Assembly: GCA_963700285.1 (NCBI GenBank)
Contig: CAVOXA010000010.1
Coordinates: 32,001-96,000, forward strand
From: an uncultured Chloroflexia bacterium
Lineage (GTDB): Bacteria; Chloroflexota; Anaerolineae; JAAYZQ01
Length of the DNA stretch: 64,000 nucleotides
Reading direction: 5' to 3'
The first letter of the stretch is position 1. The number at the start of each line of letters is the position of its first letter. Positions 46,599-57,065 of the stretch are shown here, piece after piece. The notes beneath the pieces are model-generated. The model worked only from the letters and a program-made list of their open reading frames with translations, was not told the DNA's origin and did no database searches. A program made the position numbers and the translations under genes.

Positions 46599-47519
46599 CG
46601 AGCGCAATTCGGGCGAGCGGCCATCGAAAATACCGTCTTTGGCCGGGTCACGCCCCAACAGGAGTGGCAGGTGGTCAACGCCCTGCGCGAACAGGGCGAG
46701 GCGGTCGCCGTGTTCGGTGATGGGGTGAACGACTTGCCTGCCATGCGGCAAGCCCAACTCTCCATCACGCGGAAGAGCAGCAGTCCGGCAGCGCTGAGCG
46801 TGGCCGACATCATCCTGCTCGAGGATTCGTCACATGCCTTGTTGCGCGTTCTTGACAGGGGACAACGTATTGCCAACAGCCTGCTCGACGTCCTCAAACT
46901 CTACCTGAACCAGGTTGGCTACCTGCTATTGCTCATCCTGGCCATCTGGGGACTGGACCATGGGTTCCCCAACCAGTCGAAACAGGGCACTCTGATCACC
47001 ATCGCCTCCGTCATCCTCCCTTCGCTGGCGCTGGTACTGTGGGCGCCGGCCGGGGTGGTACCGCGGGCCCATCTCGGCTGGCTGCTGGCCAGGTTTGTGA
47101 TTCCCTCGGCCGTGACGATCAGTGCCGCGACGGCGTCAGTCTATCGCCTCTTCCTGCTCACGACAGGTGATGTGGCCTACGCCCAACTGACGGTCACGTA
47201 CACGCTAGCCATCTCGGGCCTGGTGCTGGTCATTCTGCTCCGCCCTCCCCTCCGGGGTCTCTTGCTGGTGGGCATGGGCAACAGCGAACGAAGTGGTGAC
47301 TGGCGCCCCACGGCGATGGTCCTGGTGTTGATGGCACTCGTCATTTTCGCTGCCTGGATCCCGCTGGCGGATGATCTCGTCGGTCTCAGGCCGCTTCAGC
47401 AGGCCAGGGACTATGCGGTTGTGGGCTTGGCGGTCCTGGCTTGGGCATCCGCAGCGGTTCTTCTGTGGTGGCTGAGACCACTGGAGTGGCTGGGGCGACG
47501 GTTTGGCGGCCAGATTTAG
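46593..47519 (+). pseudogene. P-type cation-transporting ATPase, C-terminal fragment
   Basis: VFGRVTPQQ and GDGVND hinge plus C-terminal TM segments; DKTGT and TGES absent; in-frame stop at 46590. Confidence 0.75.
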
Positions 47520-47667
47520 TCTCAGCGAACCAGTTCGTGCCGTTCTGACAGACTATCTGACTGGATCCGTCCATTGCCCCGAGGGGGTCACACCGTCTGG
47601 TGAAGCTACTTCCTATGATCGAGCCTGAGTTCTTGAGCAGGTAGCGGATTCGTGGTAAAATGTCTGC

Positions 47668-48798
47668 ATGACCGAGACTTTTGACCTGGTCGTATTCTGG
47701 CTCATCGTGGCAGCCCGCTTTCTGGTGCCGCTCCTGATCCCACGCTACCCGCTGCCCGGGATCCTGGCCGCGCTGGTCATCGACGCCGTCGACCAGACCA
47801 TCTTTCAGCAGTTCACGGACCTGCCCCTGGACGGATACCAGGGCTATGACAAGGCACTGGATATTTACTACCTGACCATCGCCTACATTTCAACACTGCG
47901 CAACTGGTCCAACCGTTTCGCTTTTCAGGTCAGCCGCTTCCTGTTCTACTGGCGCCTGGCTGGTGTGGCACTCTTTGAGCTGACCCAACTGCGGCCGTTG
48001 CTGCTGATCTTTCCCAACACCTTTGAGTACTTTTTCATCTTTTACGAGACCTACCGCCTGCGCTGGGCTCCAAGGCAAATGACAAAGCGGCTCGTGATCG
48101 GCGCCGCGGTCTTGATCTGGATCGTTCTCAAGCTGCCACAGGAATATTGGATCCACATTGCCCAGCTTGACACGACCGACTTTATCAAGGAGAATATACT
48201 TGGCGCTTCGCTGGACACGCCGTGGAGCGAGATCCTGGCCGCCAACCTCTGGATGATTCCGGTGGCCATCGTCGTAGCAGCCTTGGCCGTTGTCCTGTCG
48301 CGGTGGCTTGTCCGCCGCCTGCCGCCCGCTGACCGCGAGCTGGAGTTCTCTGCCGACGCACACCAGCCGGCATTCAGCGAAAGGCAAGCACGCAACGCAT
48401 TGGCCGAGGAGGCGCGCAGCATCGTGGACGCCGCACTCTTTGAAAAGATCGCCCTGGTGTCGCTGGTGAGTCTCATCTTTGCCCAGGTGCTGCCCGACGT
48501 GCAGGCCAGTAGCCTTCAGCTCGCCATCGGCGTGGCGGTCATCGTCACGATCAACACCGCGCTGGGCCACTGGCTGGCCCGACACGGGTATGGTCGGGTA
48601 CCCGCACTGCGGCATTTCATCGTGATGGGACTGGTCAACGCGGGCCTGTTCCTGGTATTTGCCCTGCTCCTGCCCAACCTGGGTGGGGCCATCAACTTTG
48701 GAAGTGCGCTGTTCTTTGTACTCCTCTTGACGCTGATCGTGACGCTGTTCGACCGCTACCGGCAAGTCTATCTGATGCGTTTTGCGCCGGACAGATGA
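47668..48798 (+). CDS. Hypothetical multi-pass membrane protein
   Basis: 376-aa hydrophobic ORF with good codon usage; D..DQ, YDKALD and EYWIH motifs. Confidence 0.7.
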   Translation: MTETFDLVVFWLIVAARFLVPLLIPRYPLPGILAALVIDAVDQTIFQQFTDLPLDGYQGYDKALDIYYLTIAYISTLRNWSNRFAFQVSRFLFYWRLAGVALFELTQLRPLLLIFPNTFEYFFIFYETYRLRWAPRQMTKRLVIGAAVLIWIVLKLPQEYWIHIAQLDTTDFIKENILGASLDTPWSEILAANLWMIPVAIVVAALAVVLSRWLVRRLPPADRELEFSADAHQPAFSERQARNALAEEARSIVDAALFEKIALVSLVSLIFAQVLPDVQASSLQLAIGVAVIVTINTALGHWLARHGYGRVPALRHFIVMGLVNAGLFLVFALLLPNLGGAINFGSALFFVLLLTLIVTLFDRYRQVYLMRFAPDR

Positions 48799-48802
48799 CG
48801 AC

Positions 48803-50188
48803 ATGACACAGATTCCATCGCCACCTCGCATCCATGTGCTGGCCAAGCCGACAGGCGCGGCCTGCAACCTGGCCTGCGCCTACTGCTTCTTCCTGGACAA
48901 AGAACTGCTATATCCAGACAGCAAGTTGCGCATGAGCGACAAGGTGCTGGAGGCCTACATCCGGCAGCTCATTGAGTCCCACCGGACGCAGCAGGTGACG
49001 GTCGCCTGGCAGGGTGGGGAGCCGACCTTGATGGGGCTGGAGTTCTATCAAAGAGCGATAAAACTCCAGGAACAATACGCTCGGCCAGGCATGGTTTTCG
49101 AAAACACCATGCAGACGAATGGCACGCTGCTGGATGATGAATGGTGCGCGTTCTTCAAAGAGAACGATTACCTCATCGGTATCAGTATTGACGGGCCGCC
49201 CCACCTGCACGACACTTACCGCATGGACAAAGGAGGCGGCCCGACCTTCGACCGGGTAATGCGCGGGCTGCGGCTGCTGCAAAAACACGGCGTCCAGTAC
49301 AACATCCTGGTGGCCGTCAACCGGACCAACGCCGACTATCCACTGGAGGTCTATCGCTTTCTGCGCGATCAGGCCCAGACGACGTGGATCCAGTTGATCC
49401 CGGTGGTGGAGCGCGTCGATGACTTGGGCCACACGATCTACCAGAGGGGTACCCGCATCTCCGGGCGCTCAGTGAGAGCTGAGCAATGGGGACGATTTCT
49501 GATCCAGATCTTTGACGAGTGGGTGCGCCATGACGTGGGCCGGGTCTACGTCCAGACCTTTGAGGCCGCCGTGCGCAACTGGCTGCGAATGCCCACCTCG
49601 GGCATGTGTGTTTTCGAGGAAACCTGCGGCCTGGGCCTGGCCTTGGAGCACAACGGCGACCTGTATGCTTGCGACCACTTTGTCGAGCCCGACTACTTGT
49701 TGGGCAACATCATAGACACCCACATGCTGGAGATGGTTTCCTCGGGGAGGCAGCGCCAGTTCGGCCTGGACAAACGTGACAGTCTACCGCGCTATTGCCG
49801 CGAGTGCGAGGTACTTTTTGCCTGCCACGGCGAGTGTCCCAAGAACCGGTTCATGACCACGCCCGATGGAGAACCAGGCCTCAACCACCTGTGCGCCGGT
49901 TGGAAGGCGTTCTTTCACCGGGCCAATGAGCCCATACAGATGATGGCTACACTGATGCGCATGGGTCGCCCGGCCTCAGATGTGATGCCCGTCATGACTG
50001 AGAAGGAGGGTGAATGGAAAAGATCTCTGGCTAGAGCCAGACACAGCGATCCCTGCCCCTGCCGCAGCGAACTCGAGTTTGCTCAATGCCACGGCTGGAG
50101 AGCGCCGGAGCGTGGTCAGAAGCGCCGTGGGAGAGGTGCCCAGCGCCTGCGCCCGCCAGTGCGTACGAATTCCGCGGAGCAAGGATGA
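48803..50188 (+). CDS. Anaerobic sulfatase maturase (radical SAM/SPASM) with SEC-C-like tail
   Basis: CNLACAYC, GGEP, SPASM Cys (C....C, CDHF, C..C.....C...CP), DPCPC. Confidence 0.93.
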   Translation: MTQIPSPPRIHVLAKPTGAACNLACAYCFFLDKELLYPDSKLRMSDKVLEAYIRQLIESHRTQQVTVAWQGGEPTLMGLEFYQRAIKLQEQYARPGMVFENTMQTNGTLLDDEWCAFFKENDYLIGISIDGPPHLHDTYRMDKGGGPTFDRVMRGLRLLQKHGVQYNILVAVNRTNADYPLEVYRFLRDQAQTTWIQLIPVVERVDDLGHTIYQRGTRISGRSVRAEQWGRFLIQIFDEWVRHDVGRVYVQTFEAAVRNWLRMPTSGMCVFEETCGLGLALEHNGDLYACDHFVEPDYLLGNIIDTHMLEMVSSGRQRQFGLDKRDSLPRYCRECEVLFACHGECPKNRFMTTPDGEPGLNHLCAGWKAFFHRANEPIQMMATLMRMGRPASDVMPVMTEKEGEWKRSLARARHSDPCPCRSELEFAQCHGWRAPERGQKRRGRGAQRLRPPVRTNSAEQG

Positions 50189-50317
50189 CGACAGAAGAAT
50201 GACCAACGTCCAGATCTTTGTCGACCGTCCATCGCCTGTGGTCAATCGCCTATTAGCCGCATTCACTCGGGGTCGGCGTAAAGACGCCATCCCTAACAAC
50301 CCAAGGGAGGTGGGATA

Positions 50318-50602
50318 ATGCCTAACGGGAAACCCAATATCCTGATTCTGTGGGGAGACGATATCGGCTGGTACAATATCAGCCACAACAACCGGGGCGC
50401 GATGGGCTACGAGACGCCCAACATCGACCGCGTCGCCCGGTGGGTGCTCGATCACATTCCCGCCATCTATGCCGCCCAGGGATTGACCGCGGAGCAGATC
50501 CAGTCCTTTGCGGAATTTCCGCCGCGCCAGAAACCGGCGTCTTTTAACCTGGATAGCCTGATGGAAAAGATGCAGCAAGCCACGGACGGCAGCATGCACT
50601 AG
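50318..50602 (+). pseudogene. Arylsulfatase remnant (N- and C-termini fused)
   Basis: [13 protein letters not shown]...TPNIDRVA joined to ...[10 protein letters not shown]; the CxxxR motif and core are missing. Confidence 0.78.
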
Positions 50603-50860
50603 CGCCTGTTCAGGTCTGGCGGAGGCCGGAATCACACTCTGGCTCGCGGCCTTGAATCCGGAGCCATTTCGCATCATAGAGCGGTCCGCGCTGGGAGCGA
50701 CGCTGCGTCATGAGCGCATGTTCTTCAACCTGGAGCAGGCGGTTGAGGCCTTTGTCACAGGGCAGGCGCCAGGCAGGGCCCAAGAAGCAGATCAGATATG
50801 GTAATCGGTTCTTGTCCCCGCTGGACGGGGCTGAACAAACCAAAGGAGGAAGTGGTAACA

Positions 50861-51502
50861 ATGACAGATCATACGGATGGTACAGAAATCAAGACAGTAA
50901 AAGTCGTCGGGTTCGGACTCAGGGCGGCAGCGTTCGTGATCGACATGGCCTTTGTTTGGTTCCTGGGCATGATGCTGGGCGTCGCCGTGGGTCTCGTAGG
51001 CACGCTGCTCACCATGTATACCGCAGATGGGCCGGCGCCACTTGACAGGCTGATCATTATTAGTGGGCTGATCTTCTCCGTCGCCTACTATCTGATCGGC
51101 TGGACCAAATCGGGCCAGACCGTGGGCAAGATGGCGCTCGGCATCAAGATCGTCGGCGCTGATGGCCAACCGCCCTCTGGGGGCAAGGCCGTGCTGCGCT
51201 ATCTGGGCTACATCCTGAACGCGATCTTGCTGTCCATTGGTTTCCTGTGGGCGGCTTTCGATCGGAAGCGACAGGGCTGGCACGACAAGATCGCCGGTAC
51301 CTACGTGATCTATACCGATGAAGAGTTCTCTGACATAGCCGAGGTCAACCTGCAGCCCGCTGACAGCGCGCCTAGTTGGCTATGGATCGTGCTGTGGATC
51401 GTTTTGGTTCTGACCGCGCCCACCGTATTGGCATCAACGATATTGGGCCTAGGTCCCTACGTAGCGCAGCTCCTTATCAATCTGGTGGGCGGTGGGGGAT
51501 AG
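50861..51502 (+). CDS. RDD family membrane protein
   Basis: R.AAFVID, GQTVGK, HDKIAGTYV. Confidence 0.92.
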   Translation: MTDHTDGTEIKTVKVVGFGLRAAAFVIDMAFVWFLGMMLGVAVGLVGTLLTMYTADGPAPLDRLIIISGLIFSVAYYLIGWTKSGQTVGKMALGIKIVGADGQPPSGGKAVLRYLGYILNAILLSIGFLWAAFDRKRQGWHDKIAGTYVIYTDEEFSDIAEVNLQPADSAPSWLWIVLWIVLVLTAPTVLASTILGLGPYVAQLLINLVGGGG

Positions 51503-51591
51503 GCAGCCACACACGCAGGTCGGAACACAAACCCACTGGCGCCCCAGTTCTGTGAGGGCGCCAGCACTGTGCAAACAGGAAGGATGCAACC

Positions 51592-53739
51592 GTGAAAAAA
51601 CACCGGGAATCGCGAGCAAGACACCCTATCATCCGCATTCTAGCCATCTGGGTAATCCAGGCCCTGGCCTTGGTCGTCCTCACATTTCTTCTGCGTGGCC
51701 TGCACGTGGACGACCTGAGGGCTGCCTTTGTCGCCTCGGCCGTCATCGGCCTGCTGAACGCTTTCCTGTGGCCGCTCTTGAGCTACGTTCTGCTGCCCTT
51801 TGCCGTCTTGACCCTGGGTCTGCTGGCCCTGGTGCTCAACGGCATCATCATCCTACTGGCGGGCCTGATCCTGCCTGGCTTCAACGTGGACAGCCTGGGG
51901 ACGGCCATCCTGGTCTCCCTGGGCCTGACGGCCATCAACATCATCGCCAGCACCCTGCTGACCATCGACGACGACAACTCCTGGAACCGCAACATGGTGC
52001 GGCGGCGGGCCAAGCGGATCGCCAAACCGGAAGAAACTGACGTTCCGGGCCTGTTCTTCCTGGAGATCGATGGCATGTCCAAGCCGGTGCTGGAGCGGGC
52101 CTTGGCCAGCGGTCACGCGCCCACCTTGGCCCGCTGGATCGAGGAGGGCAGCCACCGGCTGGTGGGCTGGGAGACCGACCTATCCTCCCAGACCTCGGCC
52201 AGCCAGGCCGGCATCCTCCACGGCAGCAACGAGAACATCCCCGCCTTTCGCTGGTGGGACCGCCAGAATAAGCGGATCGTCTCCTCCAGCAGCCCGGACG
52301 ACGTTGCCCGGCTGGAGAAGGAGCACTCGGACGGCAACGGCCTTCTGGCGGACGACGGCGCCAGCCGGGGTAACCTGTTCTCCGGCGATGCTCCCAACGT
52401 CATGAACACGGCCAGCACCATCAAGGACCTGTCGCGCTTTCACACCCTCGATTTCTATGCCTTCTTTGTCAACCCTTACAGCGTGGCTCGAACCCTACTC
52501 CTGACCATTTGGGACGTTGTCCTGGAAAAGTGGCGGTTCTGGCAGGACCGGCGCCACGAGGTCCAACCTATCCTGGGCAAGGACAAACGCGGCGGCGTGT
52601 ATCCCCTAATGCGGGCCTTTACCACCGTGATCATGCGCGAGCTGAATATTGAGACCCTGATCGGCGACATGTTCGCTGGTGTGCCCTCGGCCTATGCCAC
52701 CTTTGTCGGCTACGACGAGGTTGCCCACCACTCGGGCGTCGAGTCGGAGGACGCCTTTGATATCCTCTACAAGATGGACCAGCAGTTCGGCCGGCTGGAG
52801 AGCGCCGCCCAACAGGCGCCCCGTCCCTACCACCTCGTCGTCCTGGCTGACCACGGGCAGAGCGGAGGGGCCACCTTCAAACAGCGCTATCACATGACAC
52901 TCGAGGAGTTGGTGCAGGACTTGCTCAAAGAGTACCGCGTCGAAGGGGCAGCCGACGTGCACGAGGACTGGAAATACGTCAACGTCTTTCTGACAGAGGC
53001 CATGCAGAGCCAGCAGAAGGCGGTGAGCGAGCCCCTGGGCCGAGCGCTGAAAAGCCGCACGGTGGATGGCGAGGCGGCCCTGGGACCGGAGGCTGGAACG
53101 GACCGGGGCGAGGGTGATGAGGTCGAGGGTACGGAAGAGGACACAGACCGGATCGTGGTACTGGCTTCAGGCAACCTGGGCCTGGTATATGGCGCCGCGC
53201 TCGACGAACGGATCACGCTGGAGGAATTGGAAGACTACTTTCCAGGCCTGCTGGATGGGCTGGCGCAGCACGAGGGAGTTGGTTTCGTCATGGTCCATTC
53301 CCGCGAGCACGGGCCGGTAGTCATCGGCGCCCAGGGCTGGTCCTATCTGGATGAGGATCGCATCGAGGGCGAGGATCCGCTGGCAAGCTTTGGCCCCAAT
53401 GCGGCGGAGCACCTGCGCCGCACGGACGGCTTCCCCGACGCGCCAGACATCCTGGTGAACAGCTTCTACGACGTCGAGACCAACGAGGTCGCTGCCTTTG
53501 AGGAGCTCATCGGCAGCCATGGCGGCCTGGGAGGCTACCAAACCCAGCCTTTCCTGCTGTACCCATCGGAATGGGAGCTCGATGGCGGCGAACTGGTAGG
53601 CGCGGCGGCGGTCCACCGCCAGTTCAAGCACTGGCTGGGACAGCTTCAGCCGGGCACTGACGGGCAACCGGCGGGTGATGGTGAACAGGCACTCGCGGAT
53701 GATGCGCTTGCGCCTGCACCTGCGCCGGCCGTTGATTGA
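51592..53739 (+). CDS. Phage-holin-like (YvlD / holin_4_2) 4-TM domain fused to an alkaline-phosphatase-superfamily phosphodiesterase
   Basis: N-terminal GLLNA..P..LTLGL..LN; then EIDG, SQTSAS, YDEVAH, ADHG, SHGG. Confidence 0.85.
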   Translation: MKKHRESRARHPIIRILAIWVIQALALVVLTFLLRGLHVDDLRAAFVASAVIGLLNAFLWPLLSYVLLPFAVLTLGLLALVLNGIIILLAGLILPGFNVDSLGTAILVSLGLTAINIIASTLLTIDDDNSWNRNMVRRRAKRIAKPEETDVPGLFFLEIDGMSKPVLERALASGHAPTLARWIEEGSHRLVGWETDLSSQTSASQAGILHGSNENIPAFRWWDRQNKRIVSSSSPDDVARLEKEHSDGNGLLADDGASRGNLFSGDAPNVMNTASTIKDLSRFHTLDFYAFFVNPYSVARTLLLTIWDVVLEKWRFWQDRRHEVQPILGKDKRGGVYPLMRAFTTVIMRELNIETLIGDMFAGVPSAYATFVGYDEVAHHSGVESEDAFDILYKMDQQFGRLESAAQQAPRPYHLVVLADHGQSGGATFKQRYHMTLEELVQDLLKEYRVEGAADVHEDWKYVNVFLTEAMQSQQKAVSEPLGRALKSRTVDGEAALGPEAGTDRGEGDEVEGTEEDTDRIVVLASGNLGLVYGAALDERITLEELEDYFPGLLDGLAQHEGVGFVMVHSREHGPVVIGAQGWSYLDEDRIEGEDPLASFGPNAAEHLRRTDGFPDAPDILVNSFYDVETNEVAAFEELIGSHGGLGGYQTQPFLLYPSEWELDGGELVGAAAVHRQFKHWLGQLQPGTDGQPAGDGEQALADDALAPAPAPAVD

Positions 53740-53912
53740 GCTGTGTAGACTCGAGGGGCCATTGAGCCTCGAGGATCGAACCATCTGATGGAGGAAGACG
53801 AAGCCGCCTTTGGGGTGGAGGTGTAGATTCTGGACGATGGACGCCCGACGAGGGGCTGGCCGGTTGGCCATCCGTCGTCCGCCATCGCCTAAACCGAAAG
53901 GAGAGTTAGAAT

Positions 53913-54557
53913 ATGGTTTCAACGCTAGCTATCGCTGTTCTAGCCGGCCTGCTGGGCATTGCGTTCTGCTTCGTCGGCTACCGCTTCTTCCTGGTCATGC
54001 TGCCCGTCTGGGGCTTTTTCGCCGGGTTCTGGATCGGCGCCATGGGCATCTCCATGCTGCTGGGCGGAGGGTTCCTGGGCACTACAACGGCACTCGTCGT
54101 GGGCGTCGTGGTGGGCATCGTCGGGGCCATCCTATCCTACTTTTTCTACATGGCGGGGGTGGTTCTCATCGCCGCAGCCTTTGGCGGCATGCTGGCCTCG
54201 GCCATCATGGGCGCGCTGGGCTTTGACCCGGGGCTGATCACCACCATCGTCATCGTCGTCAGCGCCATCGTCGCTGCCGGACTCACGCTGCTGCTAAACA
54301 TCCAGAAGCTGGTGATCATTGTCTTTACGGCCATCGCGGGTGCCGCGCTGATCGTGGTGGGAGTGATGGTCCTGTTTGGCCAGATCACCCCGGCCGACCT
54401 GAAGGCTGGGGGAGGTTTTCTGAAGCCCATTTTCGAGGGTTCCTGGTTCTGGGGCCTTGTCACAGTGGTACTGGCAGTGGCAGGCGCCGTAGTCCAGTTT
54501 CGCACCAGCTCGGCCTATACCTTCATCAAGGATGACTATGTGGAGGGCTGGGGATAG
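53913..54557 (+). CDS. DUF4203 / TMEM198-like membrane protein
   Basis: CF.GYRFF, Gly-rich TM segments, TA..GA, G...Q. Confidence 0.8.
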   Translation: MVSTLAIAVLAGLLGIAFCFVGYRFFLVMLPVWGFFAGFWIGAMGISMLLGGGFLGTTTALVVGVVVGIVGAILSYFFYMAGVVLIAAAFGGMLASAIMGALGFDPGLITTIVIVVSAIVAAGLTLLLNIQKLVIIVFTAIAGAALIVVGVMVLFGQITPADLKAGGGFLKPIFEGSWFWGLVTVVLAVAGAVVQFRTSSAYTFIKDDYVEGWG

Positions 54558-54599
54558 GACCAGCCGGTACCTGAGATATTGATTTGGAGGAGCCAAACC

Positions 54600-55289
54600 A
54601 TGTTCTATATTGACCCCGTTTATTTCTGGTACGTGTTCATACCCACCATTCTGATTTCGATCGGCGTGCAACTCTATCTGCGCTCTACGTTCTCCAAGTG
54701 GAGCAAGATCAAGAACAGCTCGGGGCTAGTGGGCCCCCAGGTGGCCAACCAACTCTATGGCCACACATCCCTGAAAGCAGTCCCCATCGAGCGCGTCAGG
54801 GGTAGCATGACGGATCACTTTGACCCGGGCAACAACGTCGTACGCCTGTCGGACCCGGTGTCGACCCAGCCCTCAGTGGCATCCATGGCCATAACGGCCC
54901 ACGAACTGGGTCACGTCCAGCAATACCAGACCGGCTCGGCCCTGATCAAGGTCCGTGGTTTTCTGCTGCCGGCCCTGCAGTTCAGCCCCACGCTGTCCTA
55001 CATTGCCATCCTGTTGGGCCTGTGGTTCAACATGACGGGTATGCTATGGCTGGGCATCATCTTTTTCGCGCTCATGGTCCTCTTCTCGATCCTGACACTG
55101 CCGGTGGAGATCGACGCCAGCCGCCGCGGAACGAGGCTGCTTCAAGAAGCCGGTTTGATGCGTACCGACGCCGACGCCCAAGGGTCCAAGGCGGTACTCA
55201 CCGCCGCGGCGCTGACCTATCTGGCCGCGGCCATCACCTCTATCCTGCAACTGCTGTACTATATCAGCATCGCGAAGCGCAGGAGTTAG
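54600..55289 (+). CDS. Neutral zinc metallopeptidase (YugP family)
   Basis: TDHFDP, AHELGH, TLPVEIDASRR, AAALTY. Confidence 0.92.
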   Translation: MFYIDPVYFWYVFIPTILISIGVQLYLRSTFSKWSKIKNSSGLVGPQVANQLYGHTSLKAVPIERVRGSMTDHFDPGNNVVRLSDPVSTQPSVASMAITAHELGHVQQYQTGSALIKVRGFLLPALQFSPTLSYIAILLGLWFNMTGMLWLGIIFFALMVLFSILTLPVEIDASRRGTRLLQEAGLMRTDADAQGSKAVLTAAALTYLAAAITSILQLLYYISIAKRRS

Positions 55290-55386
55290 CCTGAATCAGG
55301 AACCAACCCAGACTGGGCCAGGCGCGAACCCAGTGGGGCCCTGCGCCTGGCCCAGTCTTGATTCAGGCTCGGCCAAGACACCAAAC

Positions 55387-55539
55387 ATGGACAACCAAGA
55401 AAGCGCTCAGAGAGCACAGCAAGAAGCTCGAACGGCCAGCCAGCAGCTTCTGCGAACCGTAACCTGGCTGGCTGCCGCCATCGTGGCAACCATGATCGTA
55501 GCTTCTTGCGTGCTGGTCCTGTACTTGCTGAGCATCTGA
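55387..55539 (+). CDS. Small single-TM hypothetical protein
   Basis: MDNQES... ORF with a C-terminal hydrophobic helix. Confidence 0.35.
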   Translation: MDNQESAQRAQQEARTASQQLLRTVTWLAAAIVATMIVASCVLVLYLLSI

Positions 55540-56282
55540 AGCGGACAATGGATCTATTACTCCAGATCCCCGTCCTGGCCAGTGGTCATTCTGCTCACCA
55601 TTCTGGGCAAGTGAGCGCCTGATCGTAGCTCTCACAACTGCGTTCCATGTTGTCAAGGAAGAATTGATGCCCCGGGAGCGAGTTGTAGACCGAATCCTCA
55701 GCATCCTGCTGGTTGTGTTCCTGGCCGTACTGGCCTGGGCACTCACCGCCAACCTTATCTGGTGGATCGCTCCCCCGAGGCGCTTGGAGCAAGCAGCTCG
55801 CAGCTAGCTGGCCGCCGGCGTCCACCAACGGCAAAGCGCTCCTCTCCCAGGCGTCAGCCCTTGCCCAACCCCTTGCGGTTTGGGATCGTCTCCTCTTTGA
55901 TGCAGATAGCGATTCCCTCGCATAGACATCCGGCGGAGAGGCCACAGACACACCGCCCGGCAGCCATTCAGATTTCCCAACGAGAATTCGGTCCAGAAAG
56001 GAGAAGAGCGCTCAGCTGGCGGCCTGCCCCCGAACGCTCTTATAAAGGAGAGACAATGTTTGTTGCAGTATACCAGGCGGAGGCAGCCTTGTCATCGGGC
56101 AAAACATTGATTCTCCCTACGAAGAAAGGGCCGCATCCATACGGAGGTTCTCCACACACAGCCCCGGAGCCGTAAGGCGAATTGAGGAGGGGACCTACGA
56201 CAAAAGGCGTACGCACGGAATAAGGAATATACTCCAGAACTAAAGATCTTGAAATTTTAATATAAGAATATCAATTTGGGAC

Positions 56283-56311
56283 TTGACAAAATTCAAGTTC
56301 TATGTTAGAAT
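56283..56311 (+). promoter_or_regulatory. Strong sigma70 promoter overlapped by a palindrome
   Basis: TTGACA-17-TAGAAT with extended TG; CTTGA-N6-TCAAG at 56282-56297. Confidence 0.75.
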
Positions 56312-56383
56312 ATTGAAGGTTCATTCGAAGATTCTTGACCTAAGTGTGGCATCTCTAGCAGACTTCTGATAGGAGGATATCCA

Positions 56384-56605
56384 ATGTATTACACAGACCC
56401 ACTTACAGTCGAAAGGCTAACAGCGTTGCGCGTACAGACAGCCCGGCGCCAGGCCCAATCCAGCACCCTACTGCACCAAGTAGCATCGAAAGAAAAGAGC
56501 CTGCCCCACCATGGTCACCGGCTGTTGCGCCGTATGGGACATCAACTGGTGGTGTTGGGCAGATGGTTAGAGCAATACAGCGCTCCACAACACTCGTACC
56601 AGTAA
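56384..56605 (+). CDS. Small hypothetical protein
   Basis: AGGAGG RBS; first ORF after the promoter; amphipathic basic C-terminal helix. Confidence 0.6.
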   Translation: MYYTDPLTVERLTALRVQTARRQAQSSTLLHQVASKEKSLPHHGHRLLRRMGHQLVVLGRWLEQYSAPQHSYQ

Positions 56606-56680
56606 GGCCGCACCCGGCCATGAGGGACCAAGTGCGCCCACAATCAGCAACCAGGAGTCACTCTTAGAGGAGGTAGGAAA

Positions 56681-57052
56681 ATGTATCCAGTAATAGGCAA
56701 ATGTCCAGTCTGCGGTGACACACTATCCGTGGCCCGGCTCCATTGCCGGAGTTGTGATTCGGCCCTGGAGGGACAGTTCAGCCTGGGCCGCTTTTACCAG
56801 CTATCACCCACGCAACTGGCCTTCGTAGAGACCTTCATCCGCAGTGAGGGCAAGCTGACTCGTCTGCAAGATGAGTTGGGCATATCTTATCCCACTGCCC
56901 GAGCGCGCCTGACCGAGGTGATCCAGGCCCTGGGCTACGAAGTCCGCGTGGAACCAGAGCCGGTCTCTGTCGAGGAACGAAAAAGGATCCTTGAACAACT
57001 GGCTTCGGGCCAGATTACGTCGGAACAAGCAGTGGAGCTACTCAAGGGCTGA
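56681..57052 (+). CDS. DUF2089 family protein (Zn ribbon + HTH + SHOCT-like tail)
   Basis: CPVC..C..C, LGISYPTARARL, ILEQLASGQITSEQA. Confidence 0.9.
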   Translation: MYPVIGKCPVCGDTLSVARLHCRSCDSALEGQFSLGRFYQLSPTQLAFVETFIRSEGKLTRLQDELGISYPTARARLTEVIQALGYEVRVEPEPVSVEERKRILEQLASGQITSEQAVELLKG

Positions 57053-57065
57053 CAGGAGGAAAAGA

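Noticed and set aside
51592-51970. Holin domain as evidence of a prophage
   Set aside because: There are no endolysin, structural or integrase genes, and the domain is fused to a phosphodiesterase.
55548-55810. Possible broken membrane-protein gene (LIVALTTAFHVV...ILLVVFLAVLAWALTANLIWW)
   Set aside because: No clear start or family assignment; too little evidence to call.
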